Of a stretch of DNA of 64,000 nucleotides, positions 29,323 to 38,617 are shown one piece after another. The DNA comes from an uncultured Rhizobium sp. (GTDB lineage: Bacteria > Pseudomonadota > Alphaproteobacteria > SHVZ01), in NCBI GenBank assembly GCA_964655235.1, contig CAZZLX010000001.1, forward strand, positions 1,842 to 65,841. Reading direction: 5' to 3'. Position 1 is the first letter of the stretch; the number at the start of each line of letters is the position of its first letter. Under the pieces are notes generated by a model. The model did not search any database, was not told the DNA's origin, and saw only the letters and a list, made by a program, of their open reading frames with translations. The translations under genes and the position numbers were made by a program.

Positions 29323-30807
29323 TCAAAGCAGTGCCTCGAGCTCCATGAGGCCCCGCTCGCCAAGGATGATGTCCGAATACTGAAGCGCATACGGCGATAC
29401 GGCCCGTCCCGTCACTCGCCGGTACTGTGCGCCGTTCATCGCCGCGATGACTGAAAAGAAACTGCGGTGCGATCCTTCTGCATCGATTTCGACCACCCGG
29501 GCACCCGGTGAGACGAAGGCGAGGTTGGCAAGTGCCGCCCCGTGCACGGAAACGATCAGCTCGGCCGCCGCAAACAGAGCCGCCTGACGAGTCACCGGCA
29601 TGCCTTCCGTGGTCACGACCGCGACGCCGCGACGCCGCAGGACGTCGACGACCTCCCGCTCGTCATGCAGAAGCCGGTGCTTCGCCTCGCGGCGTGAAAC
29701 GTAGATCCGCTTCGGCGCGTCAGGTGCCGTCCCGTCGGACAGGAACTGCTTTCTCAGCCAGACCAGCGCGGCCGGATGTACGAGGCTCGATTTCGTCAGT
29801 AGCGAGGGAACGGTCAGGTCGTCCACTTCGATCCGATCATCGGGAACGAGCTTCAGCAGCCGGTCTTCCCCGAGGCGAAGATGGCGCAGGCTGTCGATCT
29901 GGAACGGCGCGAGATCGGCGTTCACGATCAATGGGCGGTCGACCTCCGGGTCGAAGAGCGCCAAGCGTGGCAGATGGTCGATGATCCAGTGGTAGTAGTT
30001 CCGCGCCCCGCCGAGCAGCGCCGCCCGTGCGACGCGGCGCGCCTTACCCTTGCGCACGAGCGCATAACGGGGACCGATCACGGCGATGGAGCGAACCAGT
30101 TGCAGAGGATCGGCCGGATCGGGCACCTGCCCGTCGATGAGGATCTGGGTCGGTGTCGGCATGACCATGAAGTCGCCGGTGACGACGGCGTGCTTCATGG
30201 AAAGGAAGTAGGGAGAGATCGACAGTTCGCCGTCGTCGAGGATCAGCCGCGCCGGCTCGATCCGGCATGCGACGGTGGGCGGCCGAGCCAGTTCCCGTAT
30301 TTCGAACGCCGTGGACCTGCCACTGATCGTTTCGGCGCGTTGAGCCGCGACCAGCGCTCTGCCGGCGAATGCAAGAGCAAGGAGGCCGGCCGACATCCGC
30401 ATCCAGGCCGCGGCTTCGGCCGGTTCCAGCGCGATACCGCGGCGAAGGGCCTTTTCGGCGCCGCCGGCACGCTCGAGCGTGAACCAATGTTCGGCGACGT
30501 CGGGTTCGATCGAGGCCGCCCGGCTGATGAACCGGCCCGCCTGCTCTTGGTCGGGAAGCGCCAGATCGCGCCAGGTCTTGGCGCGACCGGGCACGAGAGC
30601 CAGCGCCTGTCGCAACCATCGGCAAGCAAGGCCGCGGTGGTTGCGCTGATATGCGATCAGACCGAGAAGGTCGTAGAGACCGTCGTGGGAAGGGTTTTCA
30701 CTCAGGAGGCGGAGATAGATATGCTCCGCCTGGCCGAGACGCCCGGATCGATGGAACTCCGCTGCCTCGGCGAGGGATCGGTTGAACCCTCGCTCTTCCG
30801 ACGGCAC
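29323..30807 (-). CDS. TPR-repeat protein with C-terminal GT61/DUF563-like glycosyltransferase domain
   Basis: 494 aa. N-terminal TPRs (GRLGQAEHIYLRLLSENPSHDGLYDLLGLIAYQ). The C-terminus has GGARNYYHWIIDHLPRL and ...VSVHGAALANLAF, typical of the DUF563/GT61 (EOGT-related) family. Confidence 0.7.
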   Translation of the reverse strand: MPSEERGFNRSLAEAAEFHRSGRLGQAEHIYLRLLSENPSHDGLYDLLGLIAYQRNHRGLACRWLRQALALVPGRAKTWRDLALPDQEQAGRFISRAASIEPDVAEHWFTLERAGGAEKALRRGIALEPAEAAAWMRMSAGLLALAFAGRALVAAQRAETISGRSTAFEIRELARPPTVACRIEPARLILDDGELSISPYFLSMKHAVVTGDFMVMPTPTQILIDGQVPDPADPLQLVRSIAVIGPRYALVRKGKARRVARAALLGGARNYYHWIIDHLPRLALFDPEVDRPLIVNADLAPFQIDSLRHLRLGEDRLLKLVPDDRIEVDDLTVPSLLTKSSLVHPAALVWLRKQFLSDGTAPDAPKRIYVSRREAKHRLLHDEREVVDVLRRRGVAVVTTEGMPVTRQAALFAAAELIVSVHGAALANLAFVSPGARVVEIDAEGSHRSFFSVIAAMNGAQYRRVTGRAVSPYALQYSDIILGERGLMELEALL

Positions 30808-30837
30808 CGGCGCCCCATCGCCTGGAGGTGAGACGCG

Positions 30838-31113
30838 TCAGGTGATGTCGCTGATGTCGACTGGACCGTGACGGAACACGATCCACTTCTTAGTGTCCGG
30901 GCGGAACTCGATGCCGTAGGCGGTCTTCAGGAAGATGCGCAGCGGAGGCACGCCGCCGCCCTCGCGCTGGGTGCGGTCGGCGTCGAGCATCGGAGTCTTG
31001 GAGAAGACGTTGGCCCAGGCCTTCGGCGGATCGCCGTCCTTGTAGCCTTCCTCGTCGTTATTGACCACGTCGCAGAGCTGCCAGGCAGCCTCGACATCGT
31101 CCCAAGCCGTCAT
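30838..31113 (-). CDS. Small conserved hypothetical protein (91 aa)
   Basis: ATG at 31113 is preceded by GGAGGA. MTAWDDVEAAWQLCDVVNNDEEGYKDGD... Upstream of and co-oriented with the TPR-GT61 gene. Confidence 0.55.
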   Translation of the reverse strand: MTAWDDVEAAWQLCDVVNNDEEGYKDGDPPKAWANVFSKTPMLDADRTQREGGGVPPLRIFLKTAYGIEFRPDTKKWIVFRHGPVDISDIT

Positions 31114-31232
31114 CGTCTTCCTCCAATTACGGGTCTGCGACCCGCGTAGAATGGCCGGGTTGCGGCCGGCGGTCCAGCTAATGCACAAATCACCCGCAGT
31201 CCGTCAATAGTTTGCCGTGACAGAGGGTTGGC

Positions 31233-33182
31233 TTGGGGGCTATGGCAATGACCATGCCCGAAACTGAATCGGTGGCAGCCTCCTCCGTCCGCATGTCCGA
31301 GGATGCGAGCGCTCGCCCGATCGGGAGTGAAACAGCCGATCGTCTGGCGAGGGAACCGGCGGACGCCGAATTGCACGTGGCGTTGGCCCAGGACGCGCTG
31401 CGGGAGGGCCGGCGCGATCTTGCGGGGACCCGTATCCGGCGCGCGCTCGCGATCGTTCCGGTCGCCGCCCCGCTTCACGCAAATCTCGCCATCCTCAGCG
31501 ACGGTCCCCGCGCGCGCCGCGCGATCAGGCGTGCCCTCGCCCTCGCGCCGGACGTCTTCCCGTTCCACGCGAACCTTTCCGCGATGCCCGCCTTCTCCGC
31601 CGGGCAACGTGTTCGTCACGGATGGCGAGCTATGGCACTGCAGGCTGGCGACCCCGGAGCCATCCTCAATCTCGCGCTTGCACTGGGCGAGGCCAACCGC
31701 GCCAACGAAGCGGCGGCCTTACTGGCGCCGGCCGTGCGTGCAACCCCCCTCTCCGTCGACCTTCACTTCACCCTTGGAGGGGTTCTCGCTGATCTCGGCG
31801 AGACCGGCGGAGCCTGGCATCAGCTCCGCTGCGCTGCCGCGCTGGCGCCGGCAGACGCGGGCGTGTGGTTGCGCATGGCCAGGATCGCCTCGTCAGCGGC
31901 CGCCCCTCTGGCAGCAAGCGACATCGTCTCGCGCGCAACGAGCATCGACCCTCGAACGCCTGCCGCCTGGAGCGCGCGCCTGATGGTATCGCTCTACGAT
32001 CATCGGACGACTCCGCTGCAGGAGCGCGGCTACGCGCGTTCGCGCCGCCAGGCCGAGCAACGACCGATCCGCCGCCGGCCGAGGCCTTCTCATTGCGCAG
32101 ACAGGATCCGCCTCGCCTATGTTTCGGCCGATTTCTGGAAGCATCCTGTCGCCTACAATATCGCGCCCGCGATCGAGGCTCACGACCGGCGGAGATTCCA
32201 GATCACGTGCTATGCCGACATGGGTCGGCGTGACGACATGACCGATCGCCTCGCGCGCTCCGCTGATCGCTGGGTGGATATCACCGGCCACGACGACGAG
32301 ACGCTCGCCCATCGGATCCGTGCGGACGGGATCGACGTGCTGGTCGTCCTCGCGGGCAATACCGCCCGTAACCGCCTCGGCATCGCCTCCCTCCGTCCGG
32401 CCCCGGTACAGCTTTCCATGCTCGACGTCGCGAGCAGCGGGTCGCCCGAGATCGATGGGATCGTCGTCGATCCGATGCTGTGCCCGCCCTCGGACCAGGC
32501 AGCCCTCGCCGAGCGGCCTCTCAACGTTTCGTGCCTCTTCTGCTTCACAAAGCCGGAGGGCCTGCTCCCGACCATGCGACGCGCGGAGGGCGACGGCATC
32601 GTGTTCGGATCGTTCAGCAACCCGGCCAAGATCGGGCCTGCCACGGTCGCTCTCTGGGCACCGCTGCTGCACGACCTTCCGGGTGCTCGGCTGCTCTTGA
32701 AGTACAAGAATCTTTACGATGATCGCAGCGTGCAGGCGCGTATCCGCGGAGAGTTCGCCGCGCACGGCGTGGACACGGCGGCGCTCGACTTCTCGACGCG
32801 GGTCGACAGCCGTGAGACACACCTCGACGCTTACCGCGACATCGACATCGCGCTCGATCCGATCCCCTTCAATGGCTGCACCACGACGTTCGAGGCTCTC
32901 TGGATGGGCGTTCCCGTCTTGAGCAGGACAGCCGGGCGCATGATGGGGCGGATGGGAGCGTCGATACTTTCCGCTGCTGGTCTGCCTGATCTGGTTTTCG
33001 AGGACGACACCGCCTTTCACGAGAAGGGGCGCGTCCTAGCCATCGCGGGCGAGCGGCGACGCCAGCTCCGGCAAGAGCTACGACCGAAACTGCTCGCGTC
33101 CCGCCTCACGGATGGACGCCCACTTGCCCGCGAGCTCGAGGCCGTCTTCGAGGAAGCGCACCGCGCCTTCGCCCAGGCATGA
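31233..33182 (+). CDS. TPR-repeat protein with C-terminal GT41-like domain
   Basis: 649 aa. Motifs: IRLAYVSADFWKHPV, IVFGSFSNPAKIGP, IDIALDPIPFNGCTTTFEALWMGVPVLSRTAGRMMGRMGASIL. The start may be a downstream in-frame ATG. Confidence 0.85.
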   Translation: MGAMAMTMPETESVAASSVRMSEDASARPIGSETADRLAREPADAELHVALAQDALREGRRDLAGTRIRRALAIVPVAAPLHANLAILSDGPRARRAIRRALALAPDVFPFHANLSAMPAFSAGQRVRHGWRAMALQAGDPGAILNLALALGEANRANEAAALLAPAVRATPLSVDLHFTLGGVLADLGETGGAWHQLRCAAALAPADAGVWLRMARIASSAAAPLAASDIVSRATSIDPRTPAAWSARLMVSLYDHRTTPLQERGYARSRRQAEQRPIRRRPRPSHCADRIRLAYVSADFWKHPVAYNIAPAIEAHDRRRFQITCYADMGRRDDMTDRLARSADRWVDITGHDDETLAHRIRADGIDVLVVLAGNTARNRLGIASLRPAPVQLSMLDVASSGSPEIDGIVVDPMLCPPSDQAALAERPLNVSCLFCFTKPEGLLPTMRRAEGDGIVFGSFSNPAKIGPATVALWAPLLHDLPGARLLLKYKNLYDDRSVQARIRGEFAAHGVDTAALDFSTRVDSRETHLDAYRDIDIALDPIPFNGCTTTFEALWMGVPVLSRTAGRMMGRMGASILSAAGLPDLVFEDDTAFHEKGRVLAIAGERRRQLRQELRPKLLASRLTDGRPLARELEAVFEEAHRAFAQA

Positions 33183-34948
33183 CGACTTCCGGCACGAAAC
33201 TCCGACAGGCACTCGCTTCTTCGCCGAGCGACGCCTCGGCGTGGCACGAACTCGGCGCGGCTTTCATTCGCGCTTCGAATGCAGTGATGGCCGTGACCGC
33301 GTTCTCGCGCCAAGCGATCCTCGCCCCGATGGACGCGATCGCGCGCGTCAATGTCGCGAACGCCTTGAAGCGCCTGTCGCGCGACGACGAGGCAGCGCGA
33401 TGGCTGCGACGTGCGCAGGCATTGGCCGGCTCCGTCGCTCCCGCGAGCGAAAGCTTGGCCAACACCGCCTGGAGACGCGGTCAGACACAGGAGGCGCGGA
33501 CGCGCTATGGGCGCGCCTTGACGACGAGCCCGTCGGATTGGCGCTCGCGGCTGGGGGCCTGCGTCGCCGAATTGCCGGTCCTCTATGAAACCGAAGCGGA
33601 GATCGAGAGCGCGCGGCGCGCCTATTCGAATGCTCTTGGCCGGCTCGAGGCATGGTCCGAGGTCGCCGAGACCGAGGAACTCGCGCGATTTGCCGACGCC
33701 GTCGGATCGGTCCAGCCATTCTTCCTCGCCTACCAGGCCCGCGACGACCGCGAGCTCCAGGCGCGCTATGGGCGGCTGTTGTGCCGGGCCTTGGCGGCGC
33801 GTCATCCGGACCTGGCCCGCGCGCCGGCGAGACGCGAAAGAAGCGACAAGGAGCGCCTGCGTATCGGCTTGGTGTCCGGATACTTCAGGCGCCACTCGGT
33901 ATGGAAGATGGCCTTGGCAGGCTGGGTAGAGGCGCTCGACCGGTCCCGCTTCGAAGTCTTCGGCTACCACACGAGCGCAATCGCCGACGACGTGACGGCA
34001 CGGGCCGCCGCACGCCTCGACCGGTTCCTCGCCGGACCGCTCGATCGCAAGGTGCTGGCGCAACGCATCCGGGACGACCGCCTCGACTTTCTCTTCTATC
34101 CCGAGATCGGCATGGATCCGATCGCCGCCTGGCTCGCGGCACTCAAGCTGGCGCCCGTGCAGGCGATGTCCTGGGGTCACCCGACCACGTCGGGATATCC
34201 GACGATGGACCTCTTCTTCTCGAGCGACCTTATGGAGCCAGCGGACGGCGCCACGCGCTACGTCGAGCAGCTCGTGCGGCTTCCCGGTCTCGGATGTCTC
34301 TACACGCCGAGCCCGGTTTCGCCGGCTCCCATCTCGCGGCAGGACGCCGGTATCGGCACCGATGACGTCGTCTACCTCTGCGCCCAGTCTCTTTATAAGT
34401 ATCTGCCCCAGGATGACGAACTCCTGGCTCGCATTGCCGACGCCGTACCGCGTAGCCGGTTCGTCTTCTTCTCCGGCCCGATGCCGACAGTCACCCGGAC
34501 CTTCGTCAATCGCCTGTCCCGGCGTTTCGCCGCCGTGGGCCACGACCCAGGCTCTCGCATCCTCATGCTGCCGACCCTGACCGAGGAGGGCTTCCTCGGC
34601 GTCGCCAGACATGCCGACGTGCTCCTGGATTCGATCGGCTGGTCGGGCTTCAACTCGACGATCGAGGTGATCGGACACGGCGTGCCCGTCGTCACGCTGC
34701 CGGGCGACAGCATGCGAAGCCGACACACCTCCGCGACACTGACGAAGATGGGCCTGGACGACATGGTCGCATCAACCCGCGACGACTACGTCCGGCGAGC
34801 GGTCCGCCTCGGGCTCGACGAATCCCTTCGTCGGACCGACGGAAGCCGGATCGCGCGCACGCTCGACCGGTTGTTCGGTGATGCGGCTCCCATACGGGCG
34901 GTGGAAGCAGCGGTCCTCGCAGCCTGCGCGGCGGAGCTCCGGCGATGA
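33179..34948 (+). CDS. TPR-repeat protein with C-terminal GT41-like domain (divergent subfamily)
   Basis: ATGA overlap with the upstream gene. Motifs: LRIGLVSGYFRRHSV, APVQAMSWGHPTTSGYPTMDLFFSSDLMEP, ADVLLDSIGWSGFNSTIEVIGHGVPVVTLPGDSMRSRHTSATL. Confidence 0.82.
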   Translation: MTTSGTKLRQALASSPSDASAWHELGAAFIRASNAVMAVTAFSRQAILAPMDAIARVNVANALKRLSRDDEAARWLRRAQALAGSVAPASESLANTAWRRGQTQEARTRYGRALTTSPSDWRSRLGACVAELPVLYETEAEIESARRAYSNALGRLEAWSEVAETEELARFADAVGSVQPFFLAYQARDDRELQARYGRLLCRALAARHPDLARAPARRERSDKERLRIGLVSGYFRRHSVWKMALAGWVEALDRSRFEVFGYHTSAIADDVTARAAARLDRFLAGPLDRKVLAQRIRDDRLDFLFYPEIGMDPIAAWLAALKLAPVQAMSWGHPTTSGYPTMDLFFSSDLMEPADGATRYVEQLVRLPGLGCLYTPSPVSPAPISRQDAGIGTDDVVYLCAQSLYKYLPQDDELLARIADAVPRSRFVFFSGPMPTVTRTFVNRLSRRFAAVGHDPGSRILMLPTLTEEGFLGVARHADVLLDSIGWSGFNSTIEVIGHGVPVVTLPGDSMRSRHTSATLTKMGLDDMVASTRDDYVRRAVRLGLDESLRRTDGSRIARTLDRLFGDAAPIRAVEAAVLAACAAELRR

Positions 34949-36696
34949 CGCCCGCACTTCACGCGATGAAGGCGCTCATCGATGCCGGGCTGGATCATCA
35001 TCGACACGGCCGCGCATCCGAGGCGGCCGAACTGTATCGGCAGGCGATCGCGGCGGGAGCCGGTGCGCCGGCGCGAGATCTTCTCGGCGTCGTGCTCACC
35101 GAGCAGGCTCGAGCGGCGGAAGCGGAGGTAGAGTTTCGCCGGGCCCTGATCCACGAGCCTTCGCTCGCCAGCGCCCATGGTCACCGCGGCAACGCCCTCG
35201 CCGCACGAGGTCGCTGGCCGGAGAGCGTCGGCAGCTACCGTCGTGCCCTCTCGATCAGCGGTCCCGACCCCCTCTGGCTGCGCAATCTCGGCGGCGCGCT
35301 GATGAAAGCGGGCGATGTCGTCGGCGCTTTTGCCGTCTTTGCGGCCGCGAATGCCCGACGGCCCGGCGAGAGCGCGACGCTGAACGACCTCGGTCGTGCC
35401 TCCGTCGAACTCGGCCGCATCGACATGGCCGGATGTTTCTTTCGTCAGGCGGTTGCATCGGATCCCAGTCATCCCGAAGCGGCCCTCAACCTGGCGCTAG
35501 CCGAGCTCAGTCGTGGTGATGGCGCGGCGACGCGCTGCCACGCGCTGAGAGCAGGAGCCTTGTCGACGGCCTCGCCGGACGTCATCAACGCCTTGGGAGC
35601 CGCCGATCTCGCCGAGGACCGTCCCGATGCCGCCGTGTCCCGGCTCCGCGAAGCCGTGAGGCGACGACCGGACTTCGCTGAAGCGCACTACAACCTCGGA
35701 CTTGCCGACTTCGACCGCCTCCGGCTCTCCGAGGCCAAGGTCCATCTCCGGCGCGCGCTCGACCTGAAGCCAAGCTATGCCGAGGCCCGATGGAACCTCG
35801 CGCTTGCACAGCTGCTCGAGGGAAACTTCGCCGACGGCTGGCGCGGCTACGAAGCGCGCTGGCGCATGCGTCGGTTTCCCACGCGGCCTCGCAATTGGCC
35901 GGTTCCCGAATGGGCGGGCGAGGATCTGGCTGGCCGGCGAATCCTTCTTCATGCGGAGCAGGGTCTTGGCGACACGCTGCAGTTCATCCGGTACGCGCCC
36001 CTGGTGGCCGCGCGCGGCGGGCGCGTAATCCTCGAGTGCCAACGGCCGCTTCGTCGCCTCCTGGCCCTCATGCCGTCGATCGAGGAGGTCTGCGTACAGG
36101 GCGATGCCCTGCCTGCATTCGACCGGCACGCGCCGCTGATGTCGTTGCCGCGCATCTTTCAGACAACTCTCGCGACAATTCCACAGGACGTGCCCTATCT
36201 GCCGACAAGCAAACCGGCATTCCATCGCCCGAAACATCCCGTCATCGGAGTCGTGTGGGGCGGAAGCGCGCTACATCCGCGCGACCGGGCCCGCTCCATC
36301 TCGCCCGAAACGGCCCGAGCCCTGGTGCGCCGGCTGATGGAAGCCGGCATCGGCGAGGTCGTCAGTCTCCAGTTCGGGCCGCGGGCCGCCGAGCTAGACG
36401 ACCTTATTACCTGTCCTGTCGGCAATAAGGACTTTCTGGATACCGCACGAGTCCTAGAGGACATCTCAGTCGTCGTCGGCGTGGATACTTCGGCACTTCA
36501 CCTGGCCGGCGGCCTCGGGCGCCCGGGTCTCGTCCTTCTCAACCATATTCCGGACTTCCGGTGGCTTCTCGGACGCCTGGACTCTCCCTGGTATCCTACC
36601 CATCGGCTGCTCCGGCAACCGAGTCCCGGGGATTGGGCGTCTGTTCTCGAGGCCGTTCCCGCCATAACTGCGGAAATCCTGGAGTCACGCACCTGA
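34945..36696 (+). CDS. TPR-repeat protein with C-terminal GT9-like domain
   Basis: ATGA overlap. Motifs: ILLHAEQGLGDTLQFIRYAPL, VIGVVWGGSALHPRDRARS, VVGVDTSALHLAGGLGRPGLVLL, SPWYPTHRLLRQ. Confidence 0.85.
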   Translation: MTPALHAMKALIDAGLDHHRHGRASEAAELYRQAIAAGAGAPARDLLGVVLTEQARAAEAEVEFRRALIHEPSLASAHGHRGNALAARGRWPESVGSYRRALSISGPDPLWLRNLGGALMKAGDVVGAFAVFAAANARRPGESATLNDLGRASVELGRIDMAGCFFRQAVASDPSHPEAALNLALAELSRGDGAATRCHALRAGALSTASPDVINALGAADLAEDRPDAAVSRLREAVRRRPDFAEAHYNLGLADFDRLRLSEAKVHLRRALDLKPSYAEARWNLALAQLLEGNFADGWRGYEARWRMRRFPTRPRNWPVPEWAGEDLAGRRILLHAEQGLGDTLQFIRYAPLVAARGGRVILECQRPLRRLLALMPSIEEVCVQGDALPAFDRHAPLMSLPRIFQTTLATIPQDVPYLPTSKPAFHRPKHPVIGVVWGGSALHPRDRARSISPETARALVRRLMEAGIGEVVSLQFGPRAAELDDLITCPVGNKDFLDTARVLEDISVVVGVDTSALHLAGGLGRPGLVLLNHIPDFRWLLGRLDSPWYPTHRLLRQPSPGDWASVLEAVPAITAEILESRT

Positions 36697-37028
36697 AACT
36701 GCCTGTTGCCAGCGGCACACACCCCTTCTGATTTTTCACGATGTCGACGAAAACAACGGCCGCCCTGTCCTTCCAGAGTGAAAGATTACCCCGACAATAC
36801 TTTCTCTTGCCGAAACAAGACAATTAACCGGCCTTGTTCGCAGTACACACGTCTCCCCGTCGCAACCAATGAGATTCTGGCGCGACTAAACGGGAAATGG
36901 GGGCAAAGGACGCGGGAAATGCGACCGGCATGCCCATCGTCCGAAGTTATTCCTTATAGCCGTTCCGGACCCGTCGGAGACGATGCCCGCCCCCCTGCTA
37001 AACCCGCGAAAATGCTGGTCCCGCCCCG

Positions 37029-37058
37029 TTGACAACGGCCAAAAGCCAGCCGTATAAA
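37029..37058 (+). promoter_or_regulatory. Near-consensus sigma70-type promoter (TTGACA-N18-TATAAA) for the Thr/Ser-rich secreted protein gene
   Basis: TTGACA at 37029-34, an 18-nt spacer, TATAAA at 37053-58. It closes a 420-bp comparatively AT-rich intergenic region. GGAG lies 11 nt before the ATG at 37123. Confidence 0.55.
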
Positions 37059-37122
37059 CCGTGAGCCGCGGGCCTTGGACCCGAAAACGGCATGTCGTCA
37101 ACGTAACTGGAGCTGGAAAAAA

Positions 37123-38484
37123 ATGTTTGAGACTCAGAGCTCTCGCAAGAGGCTGCTGCTGGCGACGACGGGTCTGGGAACCGTCATGACGACCATGTCG
37201 TTCCTGGGTGTCATGTCGCCTGCTTCCGCGTCGTCGCTCGTTGTGAGCGCTGCGAACACCTTCGCTCGTCAGCTGACTTCGACCGGCAACGCGACCCTGA
37301 GTGGCACCACCATTCAGCTAATCACCACGGCCGCGACGCTCACGACCGGTAACTTCATCACCTTCGGTCTGCCTTCGGGCATGACCTTCGCCGCCAACCC
37401 GACCGTCGGGTTCTCGGCTGGTGTCAACCTGGCGCTGACCCTCTCGACGGGCGGCTCGGGTGCTGCCTCGGCCGTCTACCAGGTGACCACCGCGAGCTCC
37501 GGTTCGACCGCGGTCTCGCTGACGGGCATCCAGGTCTCGGGCCTGCAGACCTACGTCTCGACGAACTCGACGGCGAACACCTTCAACATCTCTGCCACCC
37601 TGACTGCTGATACCGCCACTCAGCAGGGCAGCGCGGCTTCGACCATCGTCGCCAACATCACGGACGCGGCCTCCGCGACCCAGGCTGCTGGTGCGGCTCA
37701 GACCATCGACGTCTCGTCGGGCGGCAACCGCTTCATCTCGGGTACGGGCACGGCTCTGTTCGCCCCGCTCGGCACGGTCGCCTTCGCCAACGCCGCTATC
37801 GCCCCGAACGACGTCAGCGGCGGCAGCGCCGTCTCGATGAGCGCTCAGGGTGGTGCGATCACCGTCAGCGGCTCGCTGACCGGTATCTCGACCGTCTACG
37901 CGATCGCCACTGCTGTTGCCACGACCTGCGCCACCGCGGCTCCGTCGGGTGCGTTCACCGCGACCCCCGGCTCGACCTCGGCGACGCTCACCGGGCTCAG
38001 CGTGTCGACGTTCCAGGTCTGCGCGATCGCCAACGGCTCGAGCGTGCTGAGCAACGGCTCGATCACTGTTCGCGGCGTCGTCACGACCAGCAACAACGGC
38101 ACGATCACCGGCACGACGACCTCCAACGCCGTCGGTTACAGCGGCACGGTGCGCACGTCGAACTACTTCGTCGGTGTCACGGGCGGCTACAGCTCGTTCG
38201 CCTACGCGGTGAACGGCGGCACCTCGGCGTCGACCGCCCTGGTCAGCGTCCGCCGCTCGGACGGCGCGACCGCGGTCGGCTCGCTCAGCAGCCTCGCTGC
38301 TGGCGCCTCGGCTCTGTTCGGCGCGTCGGACATCAACACCGCGGTCGGCAGCACCTTCCTGGGTGATGCGTCGTCCCGCGCTCAGGTCACCTTCCTGTTC
38401 GGTTCGAGCAGCGTGAAGCTGACCGGCCTGCTGCTGAACCCGGCGGGCGTTGTCACCAACATGGGCGCGGTCTTCAGCGACTAA
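37123..38484 (+). CDS. Secreted Thr/Ser/Ala/Gly-rich repetitive protein (candidate surface/S-layer-like glycoprotein)
   Basis: Start at MFETQSSRKR (ATG 37123). The ORF-track start at 37075 is a 5' extension. Sec signal peptide with an AxA site (…MSPASA|SS). The mature protein is ~45% Thr+Ser+Ala+Gly, with few charged residues and no Cys pair. Seven N-x-S/T sequons and many S/T clusters. Strong promoter and terminator. Confidence 0.8.
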   Translation: MFETQSSRKRLLLATTGLGTVMTTMSFLGVMSPASASSLVVSAANTFARQLTSTGNATLSGTTIQLITTAATLTTGNFITFGLPSGMTFAANPTVGFSAGVNLALTLSTGGSGAASAVYQVTTASSGSTAVSLTGIQVSGLQTYVSTNSTANTFNISATLTADTATQQGSAASTIVANITDAASATQAAGAAQTIDVSSGGNRFISGTGTALFAPLGTVAFANAAIAPNDVSGGSAVSMSAQGGAITVSGSLTGISTVYAIATAVATTCATAAPSGAFTATPGSTSATLTGLSVSTFQVCAIANGSSVLSNGSITVRGVVTTSNNGTITGTTTSNAVGYSGTVRTSNYFVGVTGGYSSFAYAVNGGTSASTALVSVRRSDGATAVGSLSSLAAGASALFGASDINTAVGSTFLGDASSRAQVTFLFGSSSVKLTGLLLNPAGVVTNMGAVFSD

Positions 38485-38508
38485 GCCACAAGAACTACGC
38501 TTCAACTC

Positions 38509-38538
38509 AAAGGGCCCCGAAAGGGGCCCTTTTCTTTT
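38509..38538 (+). terminator. Rho-independent terminator
   Basis: Stem GGGCCCC (38512-38518), loop GAAA, perfect complement GGGGCCC (38523-38529), then T-tract TTTTCTTTT (38530-38538). Confidence 0.85.
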
Positions 38539-38617
38539 GCAGCTCGACGGTCGGAGGTACGCTTCCGTCCGGACTCGCTTCAGGACCTCCGCCATCGATC
38601 CCGACGTTGCACGAGCC

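Noticed and set aside
37123-38484. Possibility that the Thr/Ser-rich protein is a flagellin or an RTX/T1SS S-layer protein
   Set aside because: It lacks the conserved flagellin N- and C-terminal helices and has no GGXGXD RTX repeats. It carries a cleavable N-terminal Sec signal, which both alternatives lack.
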